Positions 18,790-28,500 of a stretch of 64,000 bases of DNA are shown in pieces. Where the stretch lies: positions 459,284 to 523,283 of the forward strand of contig CAWIML010000007.1 of assembly GCA_963837215.1 (NCBI GenBank), in the 5' to 3' direction. The position numbers and the translations under genes were made by a program. Below the pieces are notes generated by a model. That model was given only the letters and a program-made list of their open reading frames with translations, ran no database searches and had not been told where the DNA came from. The stretch is from an uncultured Chloroflexia bacterium (GTDB lineage Bacteria > Chloroflexota > Limnocylindria > Limnocylindrales > CSP1-4). Within the stretch, counting starts at the first letter, position 1. Every line of letters begins with the position of its first letter.

Positions 18790-19773
18790 ATGTTCGCCAC
18801 CCGCTCCAGCCGGCGCCGGGGCATCGCCTACGTCCTGCTGGTGGCCATCTCGCTCCTGCTCGTCGCGCTCAGCGGCTCCGGAGCGTTGGTTGACCTGCGC
18901 GCGGGCGTCGGGTACGCCTTGACGCCGATCCAGGAAGCCCTGACCGGCATCACCCGCGGCGCCACGTCGCTGGTCACGACGGTCGGCGAGATCGACCAAC
19001 TGCGCGAGGACAACCGGACACTGGAGGCCGAGAACCGGGCGCTGGAGGCCGAGAACCGCCGCCTGCAGGGCCTGGTGACCACCAATGCCAGCCTCAGCGC
19101 CCTTCTCCAGATCCGGTCGACGCTCGACTATCGGACGGTCGCCGCCGAGGTCATCGGGCGCCAGATCAGCCAGTCCGAGCGGGTCGTGACCCTCAGCTCG
19201 GGCAGCGACGAGAAGATCAGCGTGGGCGACGTCGTGCTCGCTGACGGCGGCGCGTTGGTCGGGCGCGTGGTCGAGGTCGGCCCCAACTTCAGCCGTGTCC
19301 TGCTCATCAGCGACACGCGATCGACGGTCATCGGCCTGGCCGAGCCGAGCCGCGCGACCGGCAACATCCAGGGCCAGCTGGGAGGCGCCCTGCTGATGAC
19401 CCAGATCCCGACGACCGAGGAGGTCAACGTCGACGACGAGGTCGTGACGGCCGGCATCGACCTCGGCGACGGCGTCCGCTCACCCTTCCCCAAGGGTCTC
19501 CTGGTCGGCCGGGTCGTGGACGTCCAGCGTGATGCCGCGTCGGTCGTGCAGATCGCGCTCGTGGACCCAGCAGTCGCACTCGACAAGCTGGAGTACGTCC
19601 TCGTCATCACCGACTACGAAGGCGGCATCCCGATCGCTCCGGCACCATCGGCGTCCCCCGACGGGGAGGGCGGCGGGGATGGTGCGGGCGGCTCGCCGGG
19701 GGCCTCGCCCTCCATCTCGCCCGGAGGTCCGGCCATCGAGCTGCCCTCGCCCTCGCTCCAGCCGGCGCCCTGA
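18790..19773 (+). CDS. mreC: Rod-shape-determining protein MreC
   Basis: N-terminal TM, coiled coil (LREDNRTLEAENRALEAENRRLQ), beta-barrel core and a Gly/Pro/Ser tail. Lies immediately downstream of mreB. Confidence 0.85.
   Translation: MFATRSSRRRGIAYVLLVAISLLLVALSGSGALVDLRAGVGYALTPIQEALTGITRGATSLVTTVGEIDQLREDNRTLEAENRALEAENRRLQGLVTTNASLSALLQIRSTLDYRTVAAEVIGRQISQSERVVTLSSGSDEKISVGDVVLADGGALVGRVVEVGPNFSRVLLISDTRSTVIGLAEPSRATGNIQGQLGGALLMTQIPTTEEVNVDDEVVTAGIDLGDGVRSPFPKGLLVGRVVDVQRDAASVVQIALVDPAVALDKLEYVLVITDYEGGIPIAPAPSASPDGEGGGDGAGGSPGASPSISPGGPAIELPSPSLQPAP
19021..19062 (+). repeat. Tandem 21-bp duplication inside the mreC coiled coil
   Basis: ctggaggccgagaaccgggcg / ctggaggccgagaaccgccgc (17 of 21 identical), encoding LEAENRA / LEAENRR. 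Confidence 0.8.
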
Positions 19774-19794
19774 CCGCGGCCCGGGCCTGCCGCC

Positions 19795-20475
19795 TCAGGG
19801 CGCGGGCGTTGGCGTCGGGATGACGAGCTTCTGTCCGATCTCGATGAGGTTGGCGTTCTTGAGCCCGTTAGCCGCCACGATGGCCGCCACCGTCGTGTCG
19901 TAGCGGGCGGCGATCTGCGTCAGGTTCTCGCCCCGCTTCACCGTATGTACGAGCGGCGTGGGGGAGGGCACCGGGCTCGGCGAGGGCGAGGACGACGGGC
20001 TCGGGCGCGGCGTCGGCACGGGCGGTGGCGTGGGCCGCTCGGTCGGCGGCGGGAGCGTCACGGCAGGTGGCGACGCGTCGGTCAGCCCGGGGACCAGTGT
20101 CGCCGCGCCGAAGCCGATCCCGGCACCGATGGCGAGCACGATGAGCACGCCGAGGACGAGGAGGAGCAGGGTCCGGAAGAGACCCCGCCGAGGCTCGACC
20201 TCGACCTCCCCGACCGGGCTGGTCTCGATGGCAGGTTGCGAGGCGGCCGCCGCGGCCTCGCGCTCGGCGGCCTGCTCGGCCGCCTCCGCCTCCGCGGTGC
20301 GCTCCTGATCGGCGGCTGACGCATCGGGCGTGTCCATCGCGTCGATGGCCGCGCCGACGACCGCGGCGTTCGTCTTGCGCTTGCGACGCCTGGGCTTCTT
20401 CGCGGGCGGTGTCGGCTCAGCCGCCTCGGGCTCGAGCCCTTCGTCGCCGCCGACCGGCTCGTCGATGTCCGCCAC
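19795..20475 (-). CDS. LysM-domain membrane protein
   Basis: C-terminal LysM (HTVKRGENLTQIAARYDTTVAAIVAANGLKNANLIEIGQKLVIP), one TM and a Pro/Thr/Ser linker. GGAGG lies 5 nt upstream of the in-frame GTG 20475, so I prefer that start to the track start at 20706. Confidence 0.8.
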   Translation of the reverse strand: MADIDEPVGGDEGLEPEAAEPTPPAKKPRRRKRKTNAAVVGAAIDAMDTPDASAADQERTAEAEAAEQAAEREAAAAASQPAIETSPVGEVEVEPRRGLFRTLLLLVLGVLIVLAIGAGIGFGAATLVPGLTDASPPAVTLPPPTERPTPPPVPTPRPSPSSSPSPSPVPSPTPLVHTVKRGENLTQIAARYDTTVAAIVAANGLKNANLIEIGQKLVIPTPTPAP

Positions 20476-20600
20476 ATGTCCCTCCGCGAGCGCAGCGAGT
20501 GTCGCTCGTGCGCCATCGTGCCACACCCCGACGGCCCCGGTGTCCGGCCACAACGGGCTGATGGGGCTACCTGCCACCGGACCTTCGCGGCATAGGCCGG

Positions 20601-23006
20601 ATGCAGCCGGACCGCGAGGCTTGCGCGACGAGGGCTGGGCACGCCGTGTCCGGTCGCCACCGGGAGCCCGTGTTGCCACTGACCGCCGCCATCGCCGACC
20701 GATCATCGGGCCGGCCAGCCGCCACCTGGCTGGTCGTGCTCCTGACGGCGGCGATGATGGCCCTCGCCATCGGCCTGGCGCCGGCGATGGCCGGCAGCGC
20801 CGAGGCGGCCGGGCAACTCAAGGCGGTCGTCATCGTCGGGCCGAGTGGGAGCCTCCAGAGCAGCAACAACGCGGCCGGCAAGGCGATCGCAGACGTGGCC
20901 GCCTCGTACGGCATGGACGTCCGGCGCGTCTTCCATCCATACGCGACCTGGTCGAAGGTCCTCGACAACATCCAGGGCGCCTCGATCGTGGTCTATCTCG
21001 GCCATGGCAACGGCTGGCCGAGCCCGTACGCCCCGTACCAGGAGGACACGAAGGACGGCTTCGGGTTGAATGCCTCGTCCGGCAGCTCGTCGGTCAAGTA
21101 CTGGGGCGCGACGCCCATCGCCAGGTACATCGACCTGGCACCGAACGCCATCGTCCTGCTCAGCCATCTTTGCTATGCGAGCGGGAACAGTGAGCCCGGT
21201 CGTGCAGCGCCGAGCCAGTCGACGGCCAAGCAGCGCGTCGACAACTACGCCAACGGCTTCATCCGCGCCGGCGCCCGCGCCGTCTTCGCGTACGGACATC
21301 AGGATGTCAGCTCGGTCATCCGGGCGCTCATGACGACCCATGACACGATGGACGAGATCTTCATGGGCGCGGGCTATCGAGGCGGTCGCGACATCCGCTT
21401 TGCGAGCGCCCGCGTCTCCGGCTACGACGTGCACATGGATCCTGAGAGCAGCACCGGCTACTACCGCTCGGTCGTGGGCAAGCTGTCGATGACGGCCGAC
21501 CAGGTCACCGGCGCTCCGTTCGCCCGAACCGACCTGGCACCCGGGACCTTCGTCGTGCCAGGACTCGGGCGAGTCGACCCCTCGATGACGGCGGAGGTCT
21601 TCGATGCGCCCGGCGGATCGACCGTCGGCGCCCTCGATCCCGGCACGCTGGTCGGCCTGAGCGAGGGCCCGCGGGCAGGGCCCGATGGGCGCTCATACCT
21701 GGGCATCAGCTCCCCGACCGAAGGCTACGTCCCGGCCGACCAGCTCGACCCCGAAGACTCGACGGGGCCTCGGCCCTGGGAGATCGAGCCCGAGCCATTG
21801 GCCTTCTCGCCCGATGGCGACGGGTCGGTCGATACCCTCGGTGTCGACGTGACCTGGAGTGAAGACGCCGACTGGACGGCAAAGGTCGAGGAGACGGATG
21901 GCACAGATCTGCAGACCTGGAGCGGTGACGGAGAGACGGCCAGCTTCAGCTGGGACGGCCTCGGCTCGGGCGGTTCGCCGCTGCCGGACGGGAGCTACCG
22001 CCTGACCGTTCGCGCCAGCGATGGCCTGGGCAATGACGGCAGTGCCACGAGCCGCACGGTGACCATCGACACCCACGCCCCGAACCTCCACCTGACCGGC
22101 GCCGCCGAGGCCGCGTCGAATCCCGAGGCGGCGCGGACCTTCACGCCGAACGGCGACGGACAGTCCGACGCGCTGGGCATCGGCTACGACGTCTCACAGG
22201 CGGGCAAGCTCGAGCTGACCGTGCGCGACGAAGCCGATGCCGTGGTCCGCCACGCCTGGATCGGAGCCGCGGCGGGCACGGGGACCGTGAACTGGGACGG
22301 CCGCAGTGACGATGGCGGCTATGTCCCAGACGGGCGCTACCAAGTCAGCCTGCGAGCCAAGGATGCCGCGGGCAACCGGAGCGGGGCAGCCACGTCCCAT
22401 GCCCTCGTGCTCAAGGCGATCAAGGGCGCGACGCGGTCCGCGATGCGCATCTACTCGGCCGATGGCGACAAGCTGGCCAGGTCGACGACCTTGAGCTTCT
22501 CGCTGACCAAGGCGGCGACGCTCGACTGGACGATCGTGCGCCCCGATGGCTCGGTGCTCCTGTCCAGGCACGCCGGATACGCCGCGGCCGCCGGCGCGTA
22601 CAGCTGGACATGGAGCGGCAAAGATGCTGCGGGCAGATACGTACCCGAGGGCACCTACACCACGGTCATCTCGGCCGCGACCTCCGCGGGCACCATCACC
22701 CAGAAGCTCTCGGTCTTCGTCGGCGCCTTCAAGATCACGCCCTCGAGCACGACACTGAAGCGAGGCCGCAGGGTGACCGTGACCATCGTCACCACCGAGC
22801 CACTCAGCTCCAAGCCGCGCCTGACCCTCTACCAGCCTGGGCTCGCGTCCTACAAGCTCGTGACCACGAAGGTCGGCAGATCGACCTACTCCGTGAGCTT
22901 CACGGTCAAGTCGGGCGGCTCGGCCGGCACCATCAGGCTCAAGGCCTCCGGCCGCGACAGCGGCGACCGACTGCAACGTTCCTACCTGTCACTGCCACTC
23001 GAGTAG
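20601..23006 (+). CDS. Secreted multidomain protein: N-terminal alpha/beta domain with candidate His/Cys dyad, SH3-like segment, FlgD-Ig-like repeats
   Basis: 801-aa intact ORF with a signal peptide (AMMALAIGLAPAMAGSAEAA). Contains VVYLGHGNGW and LLSHLCYASGNSE. Repeats follow the pattern FSPDGDG...D...W(D/S)G...G...PDG.Y. Start uncertain. Confidence 0.75.
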   Translation: MQPDREACATRAGHAVSGRHREPVLPLTAAIADRSSGRPAATWLVVLLTAAMMALAIGLAPAMAGSAEAAGQLKAVVIVGPSGSLQSSNNAAGKAIADVAASYGMDVRRVFHPYATWSKVLDNIQGASIVVYLGHGNGWPSPYAPYQEDTKDGFGLNASSGSSSVKYWGATPIARYIDLAPNAIVLLSHLCYASGNSEPGRAAPSQSTAKQRVDNYANGFIRAGARAVFAYGHQDVSSVIRALMTTHDTMDEIFMGAGYRGGRDIRFASARVSGYDVHMDPESSTGYYRSVVGKLSMTADQVTGAPFARTDLAPGTFVVPGLGRVDPSMTAEVFDAPGGSTVGALDPGTLVGLSEGPRAGPDGRSYLGISSPTEGYVPADQLDPEDSTGPRPWEIEPEPLAFSPDGDGSVDTLGVDVTWSEDADWTAKVEETDGTDLQTWSGDGETASFSWDGLGSGGSPLPDGSYRLTVRASDGLGNDGSATSRTVTIDTHAPNLHLTGAAEAASNPEAARTFTPNGDGQSDALGIGYDVSQAGKLELTVRDEADAVVRHAWIGAAAGTGTVNWDGRSDDGGYVPDGRYQVSLRAKDAAGNRSGAATSHALVLKAIKGATRSAMRIYSADGDKLARSTTLSFSLTKAATLDWTIVRPDGSVLLSRHAGYAAAAGAYSWTWSGKDAAGRYVPEGTYTTVISAATSAGTITQKLSVFVGAFKITPSSTTLKRGRRVTVTIVTTEPLSSKPRLTLYQPGLASYKLVTTKVGRSTYSVSFTVKSGGSAGTIRLKASGRDSGDRLQRSYLSLPLE

Positions 23007-23060
23007 AGCGACGACCGGAGTTCCGGCGTCGATTGACGCCGAGCATACGATCGGCGCCTG

Positions 23061-24421
23061 ATGGCCGATCGCATCCCACCAGATCCCGAGCAGGATGCGC
23101 ATCTGGGTGCCGTGCGTCAGGCTGGCGAGCGGATCAGCGCCATCGAGCGCTTTCCGGACGACAATCCCAATCCCGTGATGCGCGTCGACGCGGACGGCTA
23201 CCTCGTCTATGCCAACCCCTCCAGTGCCGGCGTACGACAGGCGATGGGCGTGGCCGTGGGCCAGCGGCTGCCCGCCGAGGTGCTCGAACGTTTCGAGGCC
23301 GTCGCACCCGAGCGTGGCTTCATCGAGTTCGTCGCGGAAAACCGGACGTATGCGGTCTGGGCGGTGCCCATCGTCGACCTCGGCTTCACGAACCTCTACG
23401 GCACGGACGTGACCGCAGAGCGGGCGATCGTCAAGTTCCCTGACCAGAACCCGAATCCGGTCTTCCGCATCGACTGGGACGGGCGCGCTCGTCTACTCCA
23501 ACCCGGCCAGCGCCAGTCTCGTCGCCAGCCTCGACCTGACCGTCGGCGATCGAATGCCGGCGGACCTCCGCGATGCGCTCCTGGAGCGCGCGCGGGCGCG
23601 CGATCGCGCGACGATCGAGTTGGAGGGAGCTGGCCGAACCTACGCCCTGCTCGCGGTCGACGTGCCAGAGTTCGGCTTCATCAACGTCTACGGCACCGAT
23701 GTGACCGCGATCAAGGAGCGGGAGCGCCTGGCGGCCGAGAACGAGCGGCTGTTGCTGAGCATCCTGCCCGAGCCGATCGCCCAACGGCTTCGCGACGGCG
23801 AGCCGCTCATCGCAGACCGCTTCGACGACGTGACCCTGATGTTCGCCGACATCGTCGAGTTCACCTCCCTTTCGGCCTCGATGTCGCCGACCGAGCTGGT
23901 CGGCGTCCTGAACGACGTGTTCTCGGCCTTCGACGAGCTCGTCGAGCAGTACGGCCTCGAGAAAGTCAAGACCATCGGTGACGCCTACCTCGTCGTCGGC
24001 GGCCTGCCCGAGCGCTCGACCGACCACACCGAGCGCGTAGCCTCGATGGCCCTCGACCTGGCCGCTGCGGTCGGCCGCCTCGAGACCTGCAGCTCGGCTC
24101 GGTATCCGCTTCCGCGTCGGCATCGACTGCGGGCCGGTGGTGGCCGGCGTCATCGGTACCAAGCGGTTCATCTACGACGTCTGGGGGGACACGGTCAACG
24201 TCGCCAGCCGGATGGAGTCACTCGGCGTGCCGGGCCGCGTCCAGGTCACGCAAGCGGTCATGGAGCGCCTGGCGGAGGCGTTCCGATTCGATGCGCGTGG
24301 TCCCATCGACGTGAAGGGCAAAGGCTCGATGTCGACCTACTTCCTGGTCGGGCGGGCCGAGGTCACCGCCGATACGGCCGACGCGAGCAGCAGCCGGACG
24401 GCCAACTCGACCGCATCCTGA
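23061..24421 (+). pseudogene. Tandem PAS-like sensor / class IIIa adenylate cyclase; frame interrupted twice as assembled
   Basis: Two repeats, FPD(D/Q)NPNPV(M/F)R(V/I)D.DG.LVY(A/S)NP...YGTDVTA. The cyclase domain reads VTLMFADIVEFTSL...EKVKTIGDAYLVVGG...RFRVGIDCGPVVAGVIGTKRFIYDVWGDTVNVASRMES. Frames run 3->1 (about 23485) and 1->2 (about 24085). Track ORFs 23061.., 23554.. and 24137..24421. Confidence 0.8.
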
Positions 24422-24990
24422 TCATCCAGGCCCTGTCGAGCGACGAGGGAGTGCCAGGTCGGGAAGTCGACGAGGTGGTGCGAGACGGCCCGCAGGATGC
24501 GGCCCCCATCGTCATCGCCCGCATGGCCGGCGACGAGCGCGTCCGCGGCAGCCTGCGTGCGGGCAAGGCGAGCCTGCTGGGCGGTGACGGGCATCGCCTC
24601 CGTGTCCCGATAGAGCGGGTAGAGCGCGTCCGCGTGGGCTCGATACCAACCGTAGAGCTCACCGAACGCTCGCCGAGCCCGCTCGGCCAGGTCCGGGACG
24701 GCGAGCCAGGCCGCGACGTCAGGTCGTGGGTTCTGCATCGTCCAATGCGCCATGCAGGCCTGGAAGAGGGCATCGGCATCGGCGAAGTGCCGATAGACGG
24801 TCAGGCGTGTGACCCCAGCTTCCTCGGCCACGGACGCGATCGAGGTATGGGCTGGTCCCTTGGTGGTGTGCAGCTGGACCGCGGCCTCGATGATCCGGAG
24901 TCGGGTCTGGTCGACCTGGCCGGCCCGCCGGCGCATCCGATAGGGACGTCGTGATTTCATTGAACGGTTGTGATCATTCGATATTGACAT
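24337..24990 (-). CDS. TetR-family transcriptional regulator
   Basis: N-terminal HTH (RLRIIEAAVQLHTTKGPAHTSIASVAEEAGVTRLTVYRHF). Start is ATG 24990 or 24960. Its 3' end overlaps the cyclase gene by 85 nt. Confidence 0.85.
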   Translation of the reverse strand: MSISNDHNRSMKSRRPYRMRRRAGQVDQTRLRIIEAAVQLHTTKGPAHTSIASVAEEAGVTRLTVYRHFADADALFQACMAHWTMQNPRPDVAAWLAVPDLAERARRAFGELYGWYRAHADALYPLYRDTEAMPVTAQQARLARTQAAADALVAGHAGDDDGGRILRAVSHHLVDFPTWHSLVARQGLDDQDAVELAVRLLLASAVSAVTSARPTRK

Positions 24991-25053
24991 GGCTGTCCAC
25001 GTCGTTCATTGTACACACCTGTTCACTCGATAGCAGGATGGAGGGTTGCAGAC
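24957..25053. promoter_or_regulatory. AT-rich divergent TetR/cupin control region with candidate operator half-sites
   Basis: This is the only clearly AT-rich stretch in the window. It has a perfect TTGACA at 24984-24989 (plus strand) and TACAAT on the minus strand (25013-25008). Three GTTCA/TGAAC half-sites are present (TGAACGG 24961, CGTTCAT about 25003, TGTTCAC about 25021). Confidence 0.45.
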
Positions 25054-25581
25054 GTGACGGCTCTGGGATCGGTAGAGGCAGCGCGATTGAAGATCGTCCG
25101 GCCCGGTGAAGGGCGCACGGGCGGACTGGCGCCGGGCGTCGGCGTGGTCTTCAAGGTCGACGGCGCGGATATGGGCGGCGCGATCTCGATCGTCGAGCAT
25201 CCGTTCGCGGTCGGGGCGCTCGTGCCGCCGCACGTCCACACCCTTGAGGACGAGGTCTCGATCGTGCTCGAGGGCGAGATCGGGTTCCGGTCTGAGGACC
25301 GTGAGGTCGTGCTCGGCACGGGCGGCTACATCATCAAGCCCCGTGGTGAGGTCCATGCCATGTGGAATGCCGGCTCGGCACCGGCCCGGATGATCGAGGT
25401 CATCTCGCCGGCCGGCTTCGAGGGGTTCTTCCGCGAGATGACGGAGCTGACCGCGGCGGGGCGGCCAGACCCGGCCGATGTCGTTACGCTCGCTGAGCGC
25501 TACCAGCTGCCCTTCGCGCAGCCCGACTGGCTGCCCGAGGTCATCGCCCGCTACGGTCTGACGCCCGTCCGCGCTGACTGA
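25054..25581 (+). CDS. Cupin-domain protein
   Basis: Cupin motifs (PPHVHTLEDEVSIVLEGE...GGYIIKPRGEVHAMWN). GGAGGG lies 8 nt upstream of the in-frame GTG 25054 (track ORF starts at 25009). Divergent from the TetR gene. Confidence 0.75.
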   Translation: MTALGSVEAARLKIVRPGEGRTGGLAPGVGVVFKVDGADMGGAISIVEHPFAVGALVPPHVHTLEDEVSIVLEGEIGFRSEDREVVLGTGGYIIKPRGEVHAMWNAGSAPARMIEVISPAGFEGFFREMTELTAAGRPDPADVVTLAERYQLPFAQPDWLPEVIARYGLTPVRAD

Positions 25582-28500
25582 AGACCATCTGCCAGAGCAG
25601 GCTCGCGGGGACCCGATTCTTCGGTCACAGGTGCATCCGCCGTCACCGTCTGATCGGTCTTCAGACGGGCGAGCAGCGGTCGTGCCCCGAGCCGCGTGAG
25701 CGTCTCGCGCGCTGCCTCGATGGCCGCGGAGGCGTCGGGCATCTCCTGCTCGGTCGGCGCCAGGAGGATGGCCATGTCGAGGGTCGCCATGGACTCGTCG
25801 AAGTCGCACCCGAGCTGGCGCCAGCCGCGAAGGACGTCGCGATAGCCCGCGATCGCGTCGCCGCGGCGATCCTCCAGCGCCGCGATCCCAGCCCGGAGCG
25901 TGGCGCGATCGAGGCTGATGGCCTGGCCTCGATAGACCGAGGCATCCAGCCGGTCCGCGATGGCGCTTGCCTCGGCCGCGTCCCCTGACCAGAGTGCGGC
26001 CCGGCCCGCGAGCGGCAGGCTGATCCCGCTGAAGTGGTTCGTGACTTCGGCCGCCGCGGCGCCCTCGCGGGTGGCCTCGGTGAGCCTGCCGGCGGTGAAC
26101 GCCTGCCAGGCGCGGCCGAGGTGGCAGTACGACCGGAATTGCGTGTCAGCCTCCACGATCCCGGGCAGCAGGCGCTCGGCCTCCGCCAGATCGGTCTCCG
26201 CGTCCCCCCCGGTGAGCGCTGTCAGCATGGCCCGACCGACGAACAGCTCCAGGAACCAGGCGCCGGTGATCTCGTTCGCCAGCCACTCGTCGAGCAGGGT
26301 CGAGGCCCAGGCCCACTCTCCGATCCGGATGGCGTTCGACACAGCGTTGCCGACCATCTGGAAGCCGAAGGACATCGATCCTCGACGGCTGGCACCTTCG
26401 AGGCCGTCACGGGCCATGGCCAGGCCGGCGGCAGGGTCGGCGAACTGCTCGTAGTACGTGAGCGTCGTCCGTGACGTCCGATCGACGTCGAGGAGGCCGT
26501 TGGCGACGGCCAGCTCATGGGCGCCGCGCAGCAGGACGATAGCCTCTCGGGGCCGCCGCAGCCGAAACATGCTGCTGCCCAGTCGCTGCAGTGCCCAGGC
26601 CGTGAACCGTAGGAGGTCGAGGCGCTCCGCCACGGGCAGCAACCGTTCGATCCAGGCCACCGCCGCCGGCTCGTCACGACGGACGTAGCAGCTCGACAGC
26701 TGCATCATGAGTGCGACGCCGGCCTCGGTCTCCTCGAGATCCGAGAACTCCTCCCAGGCCGGCAACACGAGCTCTTGGAGGCGATCCTGGTCGCCGGAGA
26801 AGAGCCAGATCGCGTCGCCATAGGCCGCCGCGGCCAGGGCGATCGCCTCGCGAGCGCCGAGCTCACGCTTTGCTTCAAGCGCCCCCAGGCCGTGGCGCTC
26901 GGCGACCTCACCGACGAGGCCCTCCATGGCCGATGCCAGCGCCCGTGCATGGAGGTCGGCCCGGTCGGTCGGGTCAGGGCTGACGGCCAGCGCATGCTCG
27001 AGGAAGGCGACGGCCTGGGCATGGGCGCCCAGAGCGGCAGCCCGCTCGGCGGCGCCGCGGAGGGCCACCCGCGCTTGAGCCGCCAGGGCGTCGGCTTCGG
27101 GCCCATCCGAGGCGTAGCCCTGCGCGGCGAGGTAGTGCCCGGCGAGCGCGCCGGCCAGCTCGTCGGTGCCGAGCGACTCGAAGTAACGCGCCGCGGCGAG
27201 GTGGCGGACCTTGCGATCACGCTTGGCCAGCGTGTTGTAGGCGACCTCCCGGATGAGCGCCTGGACGAAGGCGTACTGGCCGCGTTCGGGCGATCGAGGG
27301 TCCACCTCCTGGACGAGGAGCTCGCGTCGGACCATCGCCCGCAGTCGCGGCTCGAGCTCCGGCTCGTGCTCGCCGGAGACCGCGGACAGGCCGGCCAGCG
27401 AGAAGCTCTGGCCAAGGACGGCGGCGTCGGCGATGAGGCTCCGGTCGGCAGCCTCGAGCTCGTCGAGGCGCGCCGCGATGAGCGCGGTCAGCGTCTCCGG
27501 CACCGCCAGGTCCGACAGGTCGTCGACCGGGCGGTAGATCTCGCCCTCGAGGACGAGGCGACCCTGCGCCAGCAGCATGCGAACGGTCTCGACGGCATAG
27601 AGCGGGACGCCGTCGGCGCGAGCCACGATCGCGTCGCGAGGTCGCCAACGGCAGGCCGGGCACCAGGCCGCCGAGGAGCTCGTGCATGGCATCGACCGGC
27701 AAGGGTTCGAGGTGGACGGAGGTGAAGCTCCGCTTGCCGGCGCCCCAGTCGGGGCGGCGCTCGACGAGTTCGGGTCGTGCCAGGGTCAGGATGAGGATCG
27801 GGACGTTCCGGCTCCACTCGAGCAGGTGATCGATGAAGTCGAGGAGCCCGGAGTCGGCATGATGCAGGTCTTCGAAGACCATGACGACCGGGCCCGTGGC
27901 CGCAAGGCGCTCGAAGAAGGTCCGCCAGGCGCCGAAGAGCTGCTGCGAGCCGACGCCCGTTTCGATGCCGAGCAGCGAGAGGATGGCCGGCTCGATCCAC
28001 GCCCGCTCCGTCTCGTCCGGCACGTGCTCCTCGAGCATGGCCGCGATGGCCACCCGGGTCGTCGCCTCGTCGGCACTCTCCTGGAGCCGGGCACGACCGC
28101 GGATCATCTCGCCGAGCGCCCAGAACGTGATGCCATCGCCATAGGCGGGGCTGCGGCCGTCGTGCCACCAGACGCGCTCGACGAGACCGTCGATGTACTT
28201 CAGGAACTCCCAGGCCAGGCGCGACTTGCCGATGCCGGCCGGCCCCATGACGCTGACCAGGCGGGGTCGGCCTTCACGGCCGGTGGCGTGGAAGTGGTCC
28301 TTGAGCTGGCGAAGCTCCTCGTCACGACCGACGAAGGGCGCCTCGAGCGTTTCCGTCCGTCCGACCCCGCCACGCTGCGCCACGACGCGCATCGCTCGCC
28401 AGGCCGGGACCGGGCTGCCCTTGCCCTTCAGGACCTGGTCCTCGGCAGCCTCGAAGGCGATGGCGCTCGCGGCCGCTCGCTGCGTCGCCTCGCCGACCAG

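Noticed and set aside
20476-20660. Possible ydaO-type (c-di-AMP) riboswitch upstream of the LysM gene, and likewise upstream of the GH18 gene at 61590..61840.
   Set aside because: Cell-wall hydrolase and LysM genes often carry this riboswitch. I could not find its conserved blocks as I remember them (GGGGACCCA, CCCGAAUCCG.CAGCUAACCUCGUAAGCG). Only generic GGGG/CCCC runs are present. An Rfam scan would settle it.
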